Assembly (NCBI GenBank): GCA_964016885.1
Contig: OZ024741.1
Location: 228,284,001 to 228,348,000 of the forward strand
Reading direction: 5' to 3'
Source of the DNA: Eledone cirrhosa
Lineage: Eukaryota
DNA: 64,000 nucleotides
Shown: one piece after another, positions 12,878 through 24,166 of the stretch
Position numbering within the stretch: position 1 is the stretch's first letter
How the letters are laid out: each line of letters starts with the position of its first letter
Notes under the pieces: model-generated
Seen by the model: only the letters and a program-made list of their open reading frames with translations
Databases searched by the model: none
What the model was told of the DNA's origin: nothing
Program-made: the position numbers and the translations under genes

Positions 12878-15800
12878 TTCTTCTGGTTTTATAACTTCAC
12901 AAAGTTTCACCAATAGAGAGAGAGTCGGTTTCTAACATAGACACAAGACTCTCTCATTGGAATTTCCACAACATCATCTAGGTAGATATGTATGTATGCA
13001 TGCATGTGTAGATATGGATGTTATTGTATGTGTGGATGTGCATGTTTTGAGTTGTATGTGTGCATGTGTATATGGTTTGATTCTGTACATGTGTATACGC
13101 AGTTATTAGATGCAAAATATTTGGAATGTTTTACATATTTTTACTGTTCCATTAATGGATTGTACTTGTAATTTCCTAACTAGTTGTGTCCTTTCTGTTC
13201 CTGTGAAGCCTAGCTTCTCAAGATTTGTATTGAGGCAGTTACTAACATACCCCAGTGCCCCAATAGTCACAGGCATACATCTGAAGGTGTAATCAGGGTG
13301 GAGTATCTGCAGATTTCTCATCAGTTCTGCATAAATATTCTCCTTTTCACTAATCTTTGATATTATATTGGCATCTGCTGGGCAGCTAATTTCCACTACT
13401 GTGCATACTTCCTCCTCCCTGTCCCAAATCATAATATCTGGTCTGTTATGCCTGCATTTTATTGGGGTTTTTACTGGAACATTCCACCAGTACTCTTTCA
13501 TATTATGTACATGGATGTCTTCCACATTGCTGTAGCTTTTAATGTGTTTATTATCGGGGCTATCTTTTTTACGAACTGCATTGTACAGTGTTTTGGCCAG
13601 TACATCATGCCTCATAGGTAGATAGTACCGCAATGACATCTTTGGGAAGCTGCTGATGACATGGGTGATATCCTCTATGTTAGTTCTGCAGAGTCTGCAC
13701 TTGTTATCAAATCTAGGTGTTTTGCCTGAATCGCTATCTCTTTTGTGAATCAGGTATTTCGTGTTAATCTCCTGTTATTGGATTGCAAAAGCGTATCCTT
13801 CAAAGTGGGAGCCAATATAGCGGTTGTTGGTCCAAGATAGACTACTTTCCTTATCTATATTACTCTCACTCTGGAGCTTCCTGGCAACATATCCATGCAT
13901 GATTTTTTGCTGATAAGTATGCAGTTTTTCATCCATGGATTCACTGCAATACTGCTGCGCGACTTCCCTGGGTGTGAGTTTTTGATTATCACACAGGGAA
14001 TATCTCTGGAGGAGTTCCTTCCCAACTCTCATGATCTTTTCTGTTTCATGCAGATAGACTTGCTCGAGAGACGGGCTTCTACACTTCGAGGCTCGTAGAT
14101 GTTGTCGGAGGGATATGATGCGACATTCAAATGCTGTCTGGACTGATGTTAGGCCTCTGCCTCCCTGCTTACGTTTCAAGTAAAGGCGGTCTATGTCACT
14201 GTTGCTGTGGAAGTTTCCTGTGTTGTTCAGTATTGTTCGAGTTCCAACATCAACTGCTCGGATTTCGTCTATCGTCCAATGGAGTATTCCAAACGTTGGT
14301 GTTAGGACAGGCATATTGTGAGCCACTGTTTTGTTCTGAGCAAAGAGTTCCGATGACCAGATCTTTCTTAATCGGGTGTAGTATTCCCTGGTTACGCGTT
14401 CTTTATTTCAGATACCATTATAGGATATGTTCTCATCTATCCCCAGGTATCTGTAGCAGTCCTCATCAAATATCAGTGAAACAGTAAAGCCATTGATGAC
14501 AATGTTGCTAGATTGGGTTGTTTTTCCCCGCTTTACAGTCATGTATGAGCATTTAACTTGGCCAAACTCCATTCCTATATCCTTTGAGAACTTTGTAACC
14601 AGGTCAAGATTTTTATTCATCCCATCCACGTTCTTGGCATAGAGTTTCAGATCGTCCACAAAGAAATTATGGGTTAGGTTCGTATTTCTGTCCTCCTGTG
14701 AGCTAATGATCTATCCCCCACATTTCTTGAGCAGAAAGAACAAGGGGTTTAATGACAAGACGAACAATATCACAGAGAGACTGTCCTCCTTAAATATACC
14801 CCTGCAATATTTTATTTTATCAGTGAAAATTGAGTCCTCCCTCTCTGTCTTTAACCAAGAAGAAGACAGACTACCTATGACTCTGACAATAATGTCTGGG
14901 ACTTCAGCAAGTTGCCGGGCCTTTATCATCCAAGAGTGGGGAACAGAATCTAAAGCTTTCCTATAGTCCAGCCAGACTGTAGCCATATTCCTCCGAAGTT
15001 GCCGCACCTCCGACATCGCAGTTTTGTTGATTAGGAGTTGTTCAGCACATCCCCAAACCCCTTTCTTTCCAGCTGCTTGTTCATCTGTGATGATGTTATT
15101 ATTTTCACAATGATCTTGGAGGAATAGGTTCAGGCAGGCTGTATCTTATACATCAGGTTCTGGCGCAATGGGTCGGTAGTTTTTTGCCAAGTGGGTGTCT
15201 TTGTTCTTGGGGACCAGTAATGTTTGTGCTAATGACAATCATTCTGGTATAAGTGTATCTCCCTTAAGAACTTGTTGGTAGAGGTCAGTAAGATACTTCC
15301 GATAGAATATCAGTTTTTTGTACCAGTAGCCGACAATCATGTCTCTTCCTGGTGTTTTCTTATCTTGGAGTTTTCCTATCACAGTCTCAAGGGCACCCTC
15401 ACTTATTTCGTATGTTTTTGTTGTAGTGTAGGAGTAATAGTTCTTTCGGATTTCTCTTAGCCACACTGCATCTTGGTTGAAATTCTTCTTTTCACCCCAT
15501 ATGTTGCTCCAAAAAGAATCTCTGTCTTTCTGGGATGGGGCCTCAGTGACACTTATTATTTGTCCTTCATATCTCTATAGACTGATGTTTGGTTTCGTCT
15601 GAATCTTTTATTAAGCACTTTTCTCTCATCTACCTTCTTCAGGTATCAGCGTTTTTCGCTAACAGCTCTCAATTCTTGTTTGAGGGTGATCAGCTTATAT
15701 TGGAGAGAGTTCTGGTTCTACTGTTACCAAACATCGTCTCTATTTTATTTTTCACTCTTTGTTGGTGAGGAGTGAGGTTTTTTGTGTTTGTTTGCATGTA

Positions 15801-16150
15801 AGGAGCATTGTCACATATTCTGTTTTTTCGTAGGTCAGCAATCTTTTTTCTATTTTAGTTATATATGATGGTATTTTTGGTGGTGTTCTGTTCTTGTTAA
15901 TATCTCTGCTATCACCAAGATAATGCTTCACTGCCGTTTGCTAGGGCATATAAACAGGCGTTGATTTGCCAAAATGTTGGGGTTTTTATCTGTCGTAAAT
16001 ATTCATCCCCTATTTCGTCAATAATACGTAATATTTCATTATTTGTTTTTTTATTAAACATTGTCGTTTTAATACGTTCAGCAAGAGAGATATTTATACA
16101 GGAATTAATTTCTCTCTGGAAGATTTCGTTGAGGGAAATTTCAATTGTTT
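12878..16150 (-). mobile_element. R4/Dong-clade non-LTR retrotransposon (RT + CCHC + restriction-like endonuclease), 5'-truncated and degenerate
   Basis: KTPGRDMIVGYWYK, WLDYRKALDSVPHSW, FVDDLKLY, DIGMEFG, RLYLKRKQGGRGL, CRLC..EDITHVI, RHD and RPDIMIWD..VVEISCP. Many frameshifts. Confidence 0.88.
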
Positions 16151-16744
16151 ATACTATGTTTGTATGTATGTAGGTATGTATGTTTGTATGTATGCATGTA
16201 GGTAGGTATATAGATAGGTATGTATTTACGTATGTTTTCAGGCGTGTATGTATGTGCAAATGTATGCATGTTTGTGTGAATGTATATTTGCTTTTGTGTG
16301 TGTGTGTGTCTTTGTATGTGCGTGGGTGTATGACTATGTCTATGTTTACGCTTGTGTTTGTGTTTATGTCCAGTAAAATAATCACCATACTTGAAAAAAT
16401 AAGTACTGGGTTAAATCAACGTGGTGCAATATGTTCACAGTCTACTGGAACCAATAAAAGGATAAAATAATATATTATATTAGTGCTCTAGATCTCAGGT
16501 CATTTGCTATCGTAGATTCAAATATATCGAGTACTTTGATAGACCGTGCACGAAAATGAGCATTTATTTCTGCGTGCGCCTCTCCGCATATGTAAATATA
16601 TACATATCACTGTGTATGAACATATCAGGTCAGATCGTTACAGATCGAACCTTGAGCTGATCAGTGGCGAAACGCGCGTTACCAACCAATAAACGTAATG
16701 AAGGAGTAACCAATCGTCCTTGTTATCGTATTTCACTATATATA

Positions 16745-17768
16745 CACGTGGGAAAGTAAGAAATCGGAGAATAGGCCGTTAAAACATGTTTATTTAAAAC
16801 AGCACCTACGTACGTTTCGCCCATTTGGGATTCTCAAGGGCATAAATAATCAAAAGTATTCCTTACATTGCTCGGAAAGTGTTTTTGGGGTTAAATCCAC
16901 GTCAAAGTTCATTGCTCGCAAAAATAGCTTGCAGGGAGATACGGTGCACGGTTTCACTCCTCATCCTTAACCCATCTGAAGAAGGATATTTTTAAGCGAT
17001 GTGTACAATGTGCGTGGAGAAGCTGATGTTTAAGTCCTTTAGTGATGTGATGTAGTCCGCGAGCGAAGTGGAGTGTCTTACATCACATCACTAAAGGACT
17101 TAAACATCAGCTTCTCCACGCACTGGGATATTGTCGGCAGGGCTGCACCGTACAACTTCAAGAGGAAATGCGATCTTTGCCTCATGGAGCTCTACCACAT
17201 CATAACTGCACCTCACGAGCTCATCAACAGCAGAGCTGAAACAGCGAAACGTTGTACACATCGCTTAAAAATATCCTTCTTCAGATGGGTTAAGGATGAG
17301 GAGTGAAACCGTGCACCGGATCTCCCTGCAACAAGTCTTAACACCCCGGCGAGCAGGCGCTGCAAAATAACACCCAGGAAACTATCCTTGCATACCAGAC
17401 TCAGCTTTAAACGACTCAGACAAACAGATGCGGCAAAAAAAACCTCTCAAAATAAGCGTTGATTACATGCGTATCGACAATGGTAAGGTTGTAACCTCAT
17501 CTCGTAGCGGATAAAAAAATTTGTCCAGGAAAGACTGCCCTAACACCGGCTAGAGTTACCTCCATTGACCTGCTGCAAAATCAAAACAGGCTATTTTTGC
17601 GAGCAATGAACCTTGACGTGGATTTAACCCCAAAAACTCTTTCCGAGCAATGTAAGGAACACTTTTGATTATTTATGCCCTTAAGAAGCCCAACTGGGCG
17701 AAACGTAGGTGCTGTTTTAAATAAACATGTTTAACGGTCTATTCTCCGATTTCTTACTTTCCCACGTG
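16745..17768 (+). mobile_element. PLE 3' end (GIY-YIG C-terminus 17073-17306 plus pseudo-LTR) preceded by an inverted, internally deleted copy
   Basis: SYITSLKDLNISFSTHWDIV..AAPY...CDLCLME...CTHR. 16745-17054 is the reverse complement of parts of 17079-17768. Confidence 0.8.
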
Positions 17769-17926
17769 CTTACGCTCTGCTAACTCTGTAGCCCACTAAA
17801 TATTAACACTTCGAATATTTAATACTGCCGGCACTAGCATCGAGCACCTTTGGCATACGCTACTTGGCAAATAACTATATGTATCGCCCATCCTCCCCCT
17901 TTTTTCTCTCTCTCGATACGTAAATA

Positions 17927-18006
<80 letters not shown>

Positions 18007-18152
18007 GTTTATATATATATGTATATGTTCATTTAGGTTTGTTGGTTCACCACTGGATAGAACTGGTCATTCCGTATAGTCAACCATGATGTAATGCAAC
18101 TCAACCATCTTCGTTTATGTTGAATCTTGTTGGTGGTGCGAGAACGGAGTTA

Positions 18153-18542
18153 ATTATTATTGAGTAAAATGACAGGAGGCTGGACTGGTGAAATTCCTTA
18201 AAGATTTATTACAAACAGTATGCCCGAGTTCTGCAGGAACCCGGTGACATCATCAGGTGTTACAAAATTTATCTAATAAAGGAATATAATAATGGTAGAC
18301 ACAATTGAAAGGGGCTGAAAAGTAGAAGGCGGTCATCCAGACTGGCAACTGCTAGTTGTGGCCGCCTTCAGGTCTTAAACATTTCTCTCTACTTTTCAGG
18401 ATTGTGTCTACCATTATTTTTTCGTTTATTAGATAAGTTTCGTAACACCGTTCTGCAAGAACCCGGTCATTGAAATGTGCATAGTGTTTATAATATATCC
18501 TTAAGGAATTTCACCAGTCCAGCCTCCTCTCATTTTACTCAA

Positions 18543-18548
<6 letters not shown>
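18153..18548. repeat. Imperfect inverted repeat, probable PLE terminal remnant with split hammerhead halves
   Basis: Arms gagtaaaatga.aggaggctggactggtgaaattcc and its reverse complement, with inner arms taatggtagacacaat / attgtgtctaccatta. Confidence 0.7.
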
Positions 18549-18606
<58 letters not shown>

Positions 18607-18667
18607 AAGTAATTCCGTCGGAAAAGTCCAGGAAAAAAGAGTGCTCTATGTAGGTAACAGAGCTTAA

Positions 18668-18935
18668 TTATTATTATGTAATAAACAACATAAGGCAATT
18701 ATTCCATTTACCAGTGGTTTCTTAAAAGCAAAAGGTTTTGCTTTCAATCCTCAGAATGAAAAAATCCTGGTTTGTTTATTGAATTTGGATTTTAAAAACC
18801 TACATTTTTAAAATCCAAATTCAATAAACAAACCAGGATTTTTTCATTCTGAGGATTGAAAGCAAAACCTTTTGCTTTTAAGAAACCACTGGTAAATGGA
18901 ATAATTGCCTTATGTTGTTTATTACATAATAATAA
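18668..18935. repeat. Near-perfect palindrome with arms of about 130 bp
   Basis: Left arm ttattatgtaataaacaac...ggattttaaaaa. The right arm is its reverse complement, with a few-nt loop (cctaca). Confidence 0.9.
18843..18900 (+). ncRNA. Hammerhead ribozyme motif (family 3); mirror copy on the minus strand at 18703-18760
   Basis: ttcatt-CTGAGGA-ttgaaagcaaaa cc ttttgcttttaa-GAAA-ccactgg-TA-aatgga. Confidence 0.75.
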
Positions 18936-18938
18936 TAA

Positions 18939-18971
<33 letters not shown>

Positions 18972-19023
18972 ACAAGGAGGTGTGGTAAGATACTAGGTGG
19001 ACCATAACGCACCAGAGTGGGTA

Positions 19024-19135
19024 ATATGAGAAGATTCAAGACCCAGACGGATGAGCTCCGACCGTTTCGACAGCTAGATCCGGATCTAGCTGTCGAAACG
19101 GCCGGAGCTCAGCCGTCGGGATCATGAATATTTTC

Positions 19136-19139
<4 letters not shown>
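19024..19139. repeat. GC-rich foldback hairpin element (family also at 31940-32048)
   Basis: Arms gacgg.tgagctcc.accgtttcgacagctagatc and its reverse complement. The upstream flank ggtggaccataacgcacca is shared with the other copy. Confidence 0.8.
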
Positions 19140-19196
<57 letters not shown>

Positions 19197-19811
19197 TACA
19201 TGCATACATACATACATACATACACGGCAAACACACACACACAAGCACACACACTCACACACATATCTATCTATATATATATATAAACATATCTATATAT
19301 ATATATAAACATACATGCATAACAGCTAGGTATGTGTAGAAATATTTATAACTCCAGTTCAGTTTACATCGATGATATTTTATCTGGTAACTTACGCAAT
19401 GATTCATCAATGTGTGGCTGCCATATTGAAGAAATAGGATCGCCTTCATGACACTTAGCCGTCTACTTACACACTCACTCTACACAAGCACACACGTATA
19501 TATTCAATGTATGCATACACACATACATACAGAAATATATAAATATATGTGTACATAAAAACATACATACATACATTCATGCATACATACAAACATACAT
19601 ACATACACACATACATATGCATAAATTCATTAATAGATATGTTTAAATTCATTAATAGATAGCTAGAGTGATAGATAGATAGATAGGTAGATAGATAGAT
19701 GGATAGATAGATAGATTTCTTAATTTTATTTATCTCCCTTCCCTTCTCATACCTTTCTGCGTCTTTGTTTAAAACAAAAAAACAAAAACATTTGCGATTT
19801 GTGTTAACAAC

Positions 19812-20008
19812 AATGGTTTCTGATTTAGGCACAAGGCCAACAATTATGGGGAGGGGTAAAGTCGATTAAATCGACCCCAGTGCATTACTGGTGCTTTATT
19901 TTATCGGCACTGTAAGGATGAAAGGCAAAGTTAACCTCAGTTGGATTTGAACTCAGAATTTAGCTATGCTGCAAAGCATGGTGTCCGACGCTCTACCGAT
20001 TCTGCCAA
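19812..20008 (-). mobile_element. tRNA-derived SINE (octopus-type)
   Basis: Reverse complement of the SINE at 2186-2400. Confidence 0.8.
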
Positions 20009-20147
20009 CAACAAAAACCACAACCATGTAAACGTATTAGAGGGCTGCACAGCAGCCGTATAAAACAAAACCAAAGTTTATCTATCTATTCAACAATCTA
20101 CCTACATATCTATTATCTATCTATCTATCTTTCTATTTATCTATTTA

Positions 20148-20505
20148 CAGGTTGAGTCAAAATTATGTTAACACTAGTATGGGAGAAATCATTTATTCAG
20201 AATTTACTGAACAGTCTCAACCTGGTCACTAGCATGATCAATACACAAAAAACCAGCGATCAACACTACAATTTAGTGCCTTGACACACATTTAGCGGGG
20301 AATACTTGTATTCTGTCCTTGAGTTCATCGATGTCTCTAACTTTTTTTGCTATACACGCGCACCTTTACCATGCCCCATAACCAGAAGTAACAGGGTGTC
20401 AGATCAGGGGAGTGTGCAGGCCAGGCTAATGGTCCCCCGCGACCTATCCAACGATTTGGAAATGTTTGATCGAGAAAAGTGTTAACATAATTTTGACTCA
20501 CCCTT
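20148..20505 (-). mobile_element. Internally deleted Tc1/mariner-superfamily element (MITE-like)
   Basis: 28-bp TIRs caggttgagtcaaaattatgttaacact / agtgttaacataattttgactcaccctt with TA flanks. The minus-strand remnant reads FLDQTFPNRWIGRGGPLAWPAHSPDLTPCYFWLWGM. Confidence 0.88.
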
Positions 20506-20509
20506 TATA

Positions 20510-20751
20510 TGAACAGAGTGAAGACGGGAACACATACAAAACGTGTTCCTGGTGTTGAGGGTTGTTCTATCCACGGGGTGTAAAACAACCCTGCAGTAAC
20601 GTTCCCCCATATTGGGGATTTCAGTTGTTATTTTATTATATATAGTTTATAGTTATTTATTAATGTTAAAGTTATATGATTTTTATGTAAAACCCCCACC
20701 CCCACGTCTTGTAATGTCCCATTTTTGTACGCTCCTGTGGCAAATAAAGAA
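20510..20751 (+). mobile_element. Tx1-like element copy A: 3'UTR only
   Basis: Matches the 3'UTR at 50110-50349 and ends AATAAAGAA-(TATC)n. Confidence 0.85.
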
Positions 20752-20820
<69 letters not shown>

Positions 20821-23773
20821 AACCTGGTGGGAGAAGCGCACAGTATGGATGTAATTGCCATTTGCGAGTCCAGGATCCACAGCGAGCGACAGCTGGCTCC
20901 CATCTTCGATAACTATGAGATCTACGCATCTCTATGTCAGCCGGGAGGTGGGGGGCGGGGTTGCCGATTTGCTGAGGAAACACCTTGGCCTCGTAACACC
21001 GAGTGTACATCTGGACCCGGAGGGTCGACTGGTGGTCCTAGACGTTGACGATAGTGAAGGTGGAGCATTCAGGCTGGTGGCCGCATATGCCCCATCCGGG
21101 ACTCCGCGGTCAGACTTCTTCAAAAGTTTAGAGACTTTTCTGGGAACGTCCCGCTCCTTGCTTTTAGTGGGAGACTGGAATGGAATCCTAGATGCACGTT
21201 GGGACTATGTGGGAGCATGTCCCGATAAGGGGGCGGGGGTAACAGCCTCAAACAGTTAATCGGCCGATTTGACCTGGCCGATAGATATCGACTAGATTTT
21301 CCGACTGTGCCACTGTGGACGTGGACTAATCGTAGCGGAACATCTAGATCGTACCTAGATAGGGTTCTAGTTAGAAATAAGGATAGGGACATGTTAAGCT
21401 GTCCACAAATGTTCATGTTTGCTTATTCAGATCACAAACTAGTGACCTGCATGGTCAACCTTAATAGAACACATTGACAAGGACCCGGCTACTGGAAGCT
21501 GAACATGTCGTTTCCGACATCCAAAGCCTACAGTAGACAGATTAGCACTTTAGTTAAACAGCACTTGACAGGGGTCATTGTCAACAACAGATGGTAGTAC
21601 TCTCTCAAGAGGGCAGTTAGATTAGACTCGATAGATTTTAGTAAAGAATTAGCGTTAGATAGAAATAGGACCGAGAAGGAAGGACCAGAATAAGGGAGAT
21701 GACATAGGCAACTTCCGGCCCATAACTCTACTAAACACAGAGTTACAGATTTTGGCCAAGGTGTTGGCAAAGAGGCTGGCGTTTGTCGTCGAAAACCTGG
21801 TGGGAGAAGCGCAGACATGCGCAATCCCGACCAGGTTCATACACGACAACCTCCACCTCATGCGATACATCATAGAGAGGGCAGGGTGTAAACCCCGCTT
21901 CGGTGGGGCCCTGATCAACTTGGACCAGCCTAAGGCTTTCGATAAGGTTGACCATCGTTACCTGGATGCGGTGCTCGAGGCGGTAGGCTTCGGCCCGTGT
22001 TTAGGGGCTGGATTGCTGCAAAGCACAACAGTAACATCTGCTCAAGGGTCAAGGTGAACCGCTACCTCTCGGAGCCGTTCCATATCACGCGATCCATCCG
22101 ACAGGGATGCCCTCTCTCCTCCCTTCTGTACGTACTGACTCTCGAGCCACTACTGCGGAAGTTGGAGCTATTGCAGGGCATATCACTAGAACCGGGACTG
22201 CGGAAAGCGGCGTCGGCCTACGCCTTCGAGCATCTCGCAAATCGAGGAAGTCGGCACCTTACTGAAGGTATAGGAAAGGTTCATAGAAGCGAAGCTGAAC
22301 TGGGACAAGTCCGTCGATTTGCAACTCGGATCGTGGAGAGGAAAACCGATGCCTTCCGATGGCGTCGTCGGACGCTGGTCGGAAGGACCGGTGAAGCTGC
22401 TCGGGGTCTGGTTTGATCCGGACCTCCAGGTGGAGAAGAACTGGACCAAGGTGACGGCCAAGGTGTTTGCGCTCACCCAGAAGTGGGCCGAGTGCAAACT
22501 ATCCTTGAAAAGTCGAACGAAGGTAGCGAACACTTTTATAGCGTCCGTCATCTACTACCGCTTGACCGTCGTGCCTTGTCCAGCCAAAACTCTCACCAAA
22601 ATGGAGCGCACGCTCTTCCAATTCCTTTGGAAGAAATGGACTCCTTTGGTGAGAAAATCCATCTGCTGCCAACACCCTTCAAACGGAGGGCTGGGGATGC
22701 CGTGACTGACGTTGCGCAAACACGCGCTCAGGCTGCGGCACCTCCACGTATTCCTCACCGGACAACCGGTGTGGGCCCCGTTCGTGAGGCGAGCCTTCCC
22801 ACGACTCGTCTCGCTGACCGAGATGCAGACCTGGGTCATGCAAAGACCGAGGGAAATAGATGACTGGCACATCGAATGTGCTCAGGCGCTCACAGCCCTC
22901 TGGCAGGCAGACCCGGCGATCAGTGGAGACTCTACTTCGTCATTCTATAGAGGGTTGATCCGCAGCAAGTGCGACGACGTGCTCGGAGAAACTCTAGGCG
23001 TAGAGGAAGACGAACTGGCCAGTTTGTTCGGTAGGACCTTCTGCCTGGGAAAACTTCCAAAAGTCCCTGGCCTGGCAGTGCTACCGAGGAGCTCTACCAG
23101 TTCAAGACAAGCTCTACAGACATGGGCGCCCGGGCAGGGACCCTTCGAAAAAGATCTGTCCGAGATGCGCGCGAGACGATGAAACCGCCCTGTGGGGCTA
23201 TGTAGAACGAGTATTGTCGCGGTTGGGACCAATCCGGTTGACCACCGAGTTCATTGTCATGATCAAACCGCCACCTTCCTTCAAAAACGAAGGAGAGGGG
23301 TTTTCCTTTGTGTGATAACTATGGCGAAAGAGGTTGCATGGTGGACGAGGTTAAAAAGGCTGAGGTCAGACACCTTTCTCTCCGGCCAATAACTGATTCT
23401 TTTTTTCAAATACCACTTCAGAAGAAGAATCAGGATGGAGAGAGAAGTGCTGTACCCCAGCAAGTTTTACGAAAGGTAGGTGAAAGTGGCGAGAATGGCC
23501 CGAGTGAATGGGCCTTCTCTCTATATCAGCCTTTAGGTTGAGGAAAAAGAGGAAGAGAGGAGAGGGTTACTCACTCTTCGTACTCCTGGAGATGAGGGTT
23601 GCACATTTTTTCGGGGGAATGTGTTACCCACATGTAATGTCTCCCCCTATTGGGGAAAATCGATTAATTTTTAAATTGCATTTGTGATAGTATTTTACAC
23701 GTTTTTATTGTATGTAAACTTCTCCCTTTGTATTTGTCCCCTTCTTTTGTGCCCCTGTGGCTAATAAAGAAAC
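20821..23773 (+). mobile_element. Tx1-like element copy B: 5'-truncated ORF2 (APE-RT-ZnF pseudogene), internal deletion near 21680
   Basis: DVIAICESRI, LLLVGDWNG, SDHK, LINLDQPKAFDKVDH and IRQGCPLS. (TATC)n on both sides. Confidence 0.9.
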
Positions 23774-23774
23774 A

Positions 23775-23825
<51 letters not shown>

Positions 23826-23827
23826 AG

Positions 23828-24045
23828 TGAAGGCGTGTGGCTGAGTGGTTAGAGAATTGGATTCGCAATCGTAAGGTTGTGAGTTCGATTCCTGGACCAG
23901 GCGATGCGTTATGTCCTTGAGCAAGACACTTTATTTCACGTTGCTCCTTCTACCCGGGGTTGCGACCGATAGATAGTATTAGCAATTGGAAAGACCAACG
24001 GAAACATTGTTCCCTCGGTCCGATTTGACGAAAGTCGATCGTTGC
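23828..24045 (+). mobile_element. Full-length tRNA-derived SINE inserted in (TATC)n
   Basis: A-box gtggctgagtgg, B-box gagttcgattcc and central gtccttgagcaagacactt. Confidence 0.85.
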
Positions 24046-24055
24046 TTTTTTCAAA

Positions 24056-24147
<92 letters not shown>

Positions 24148-24166
24148 CTATACCTACCTATCTATC

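Noticed and set aside
16655-16690. GAAA-cgcgcg-TT half hammerhead (a similar half lies near 309-320)
   Set aside because: No upstream CUGANGA core or stem I partner was found.
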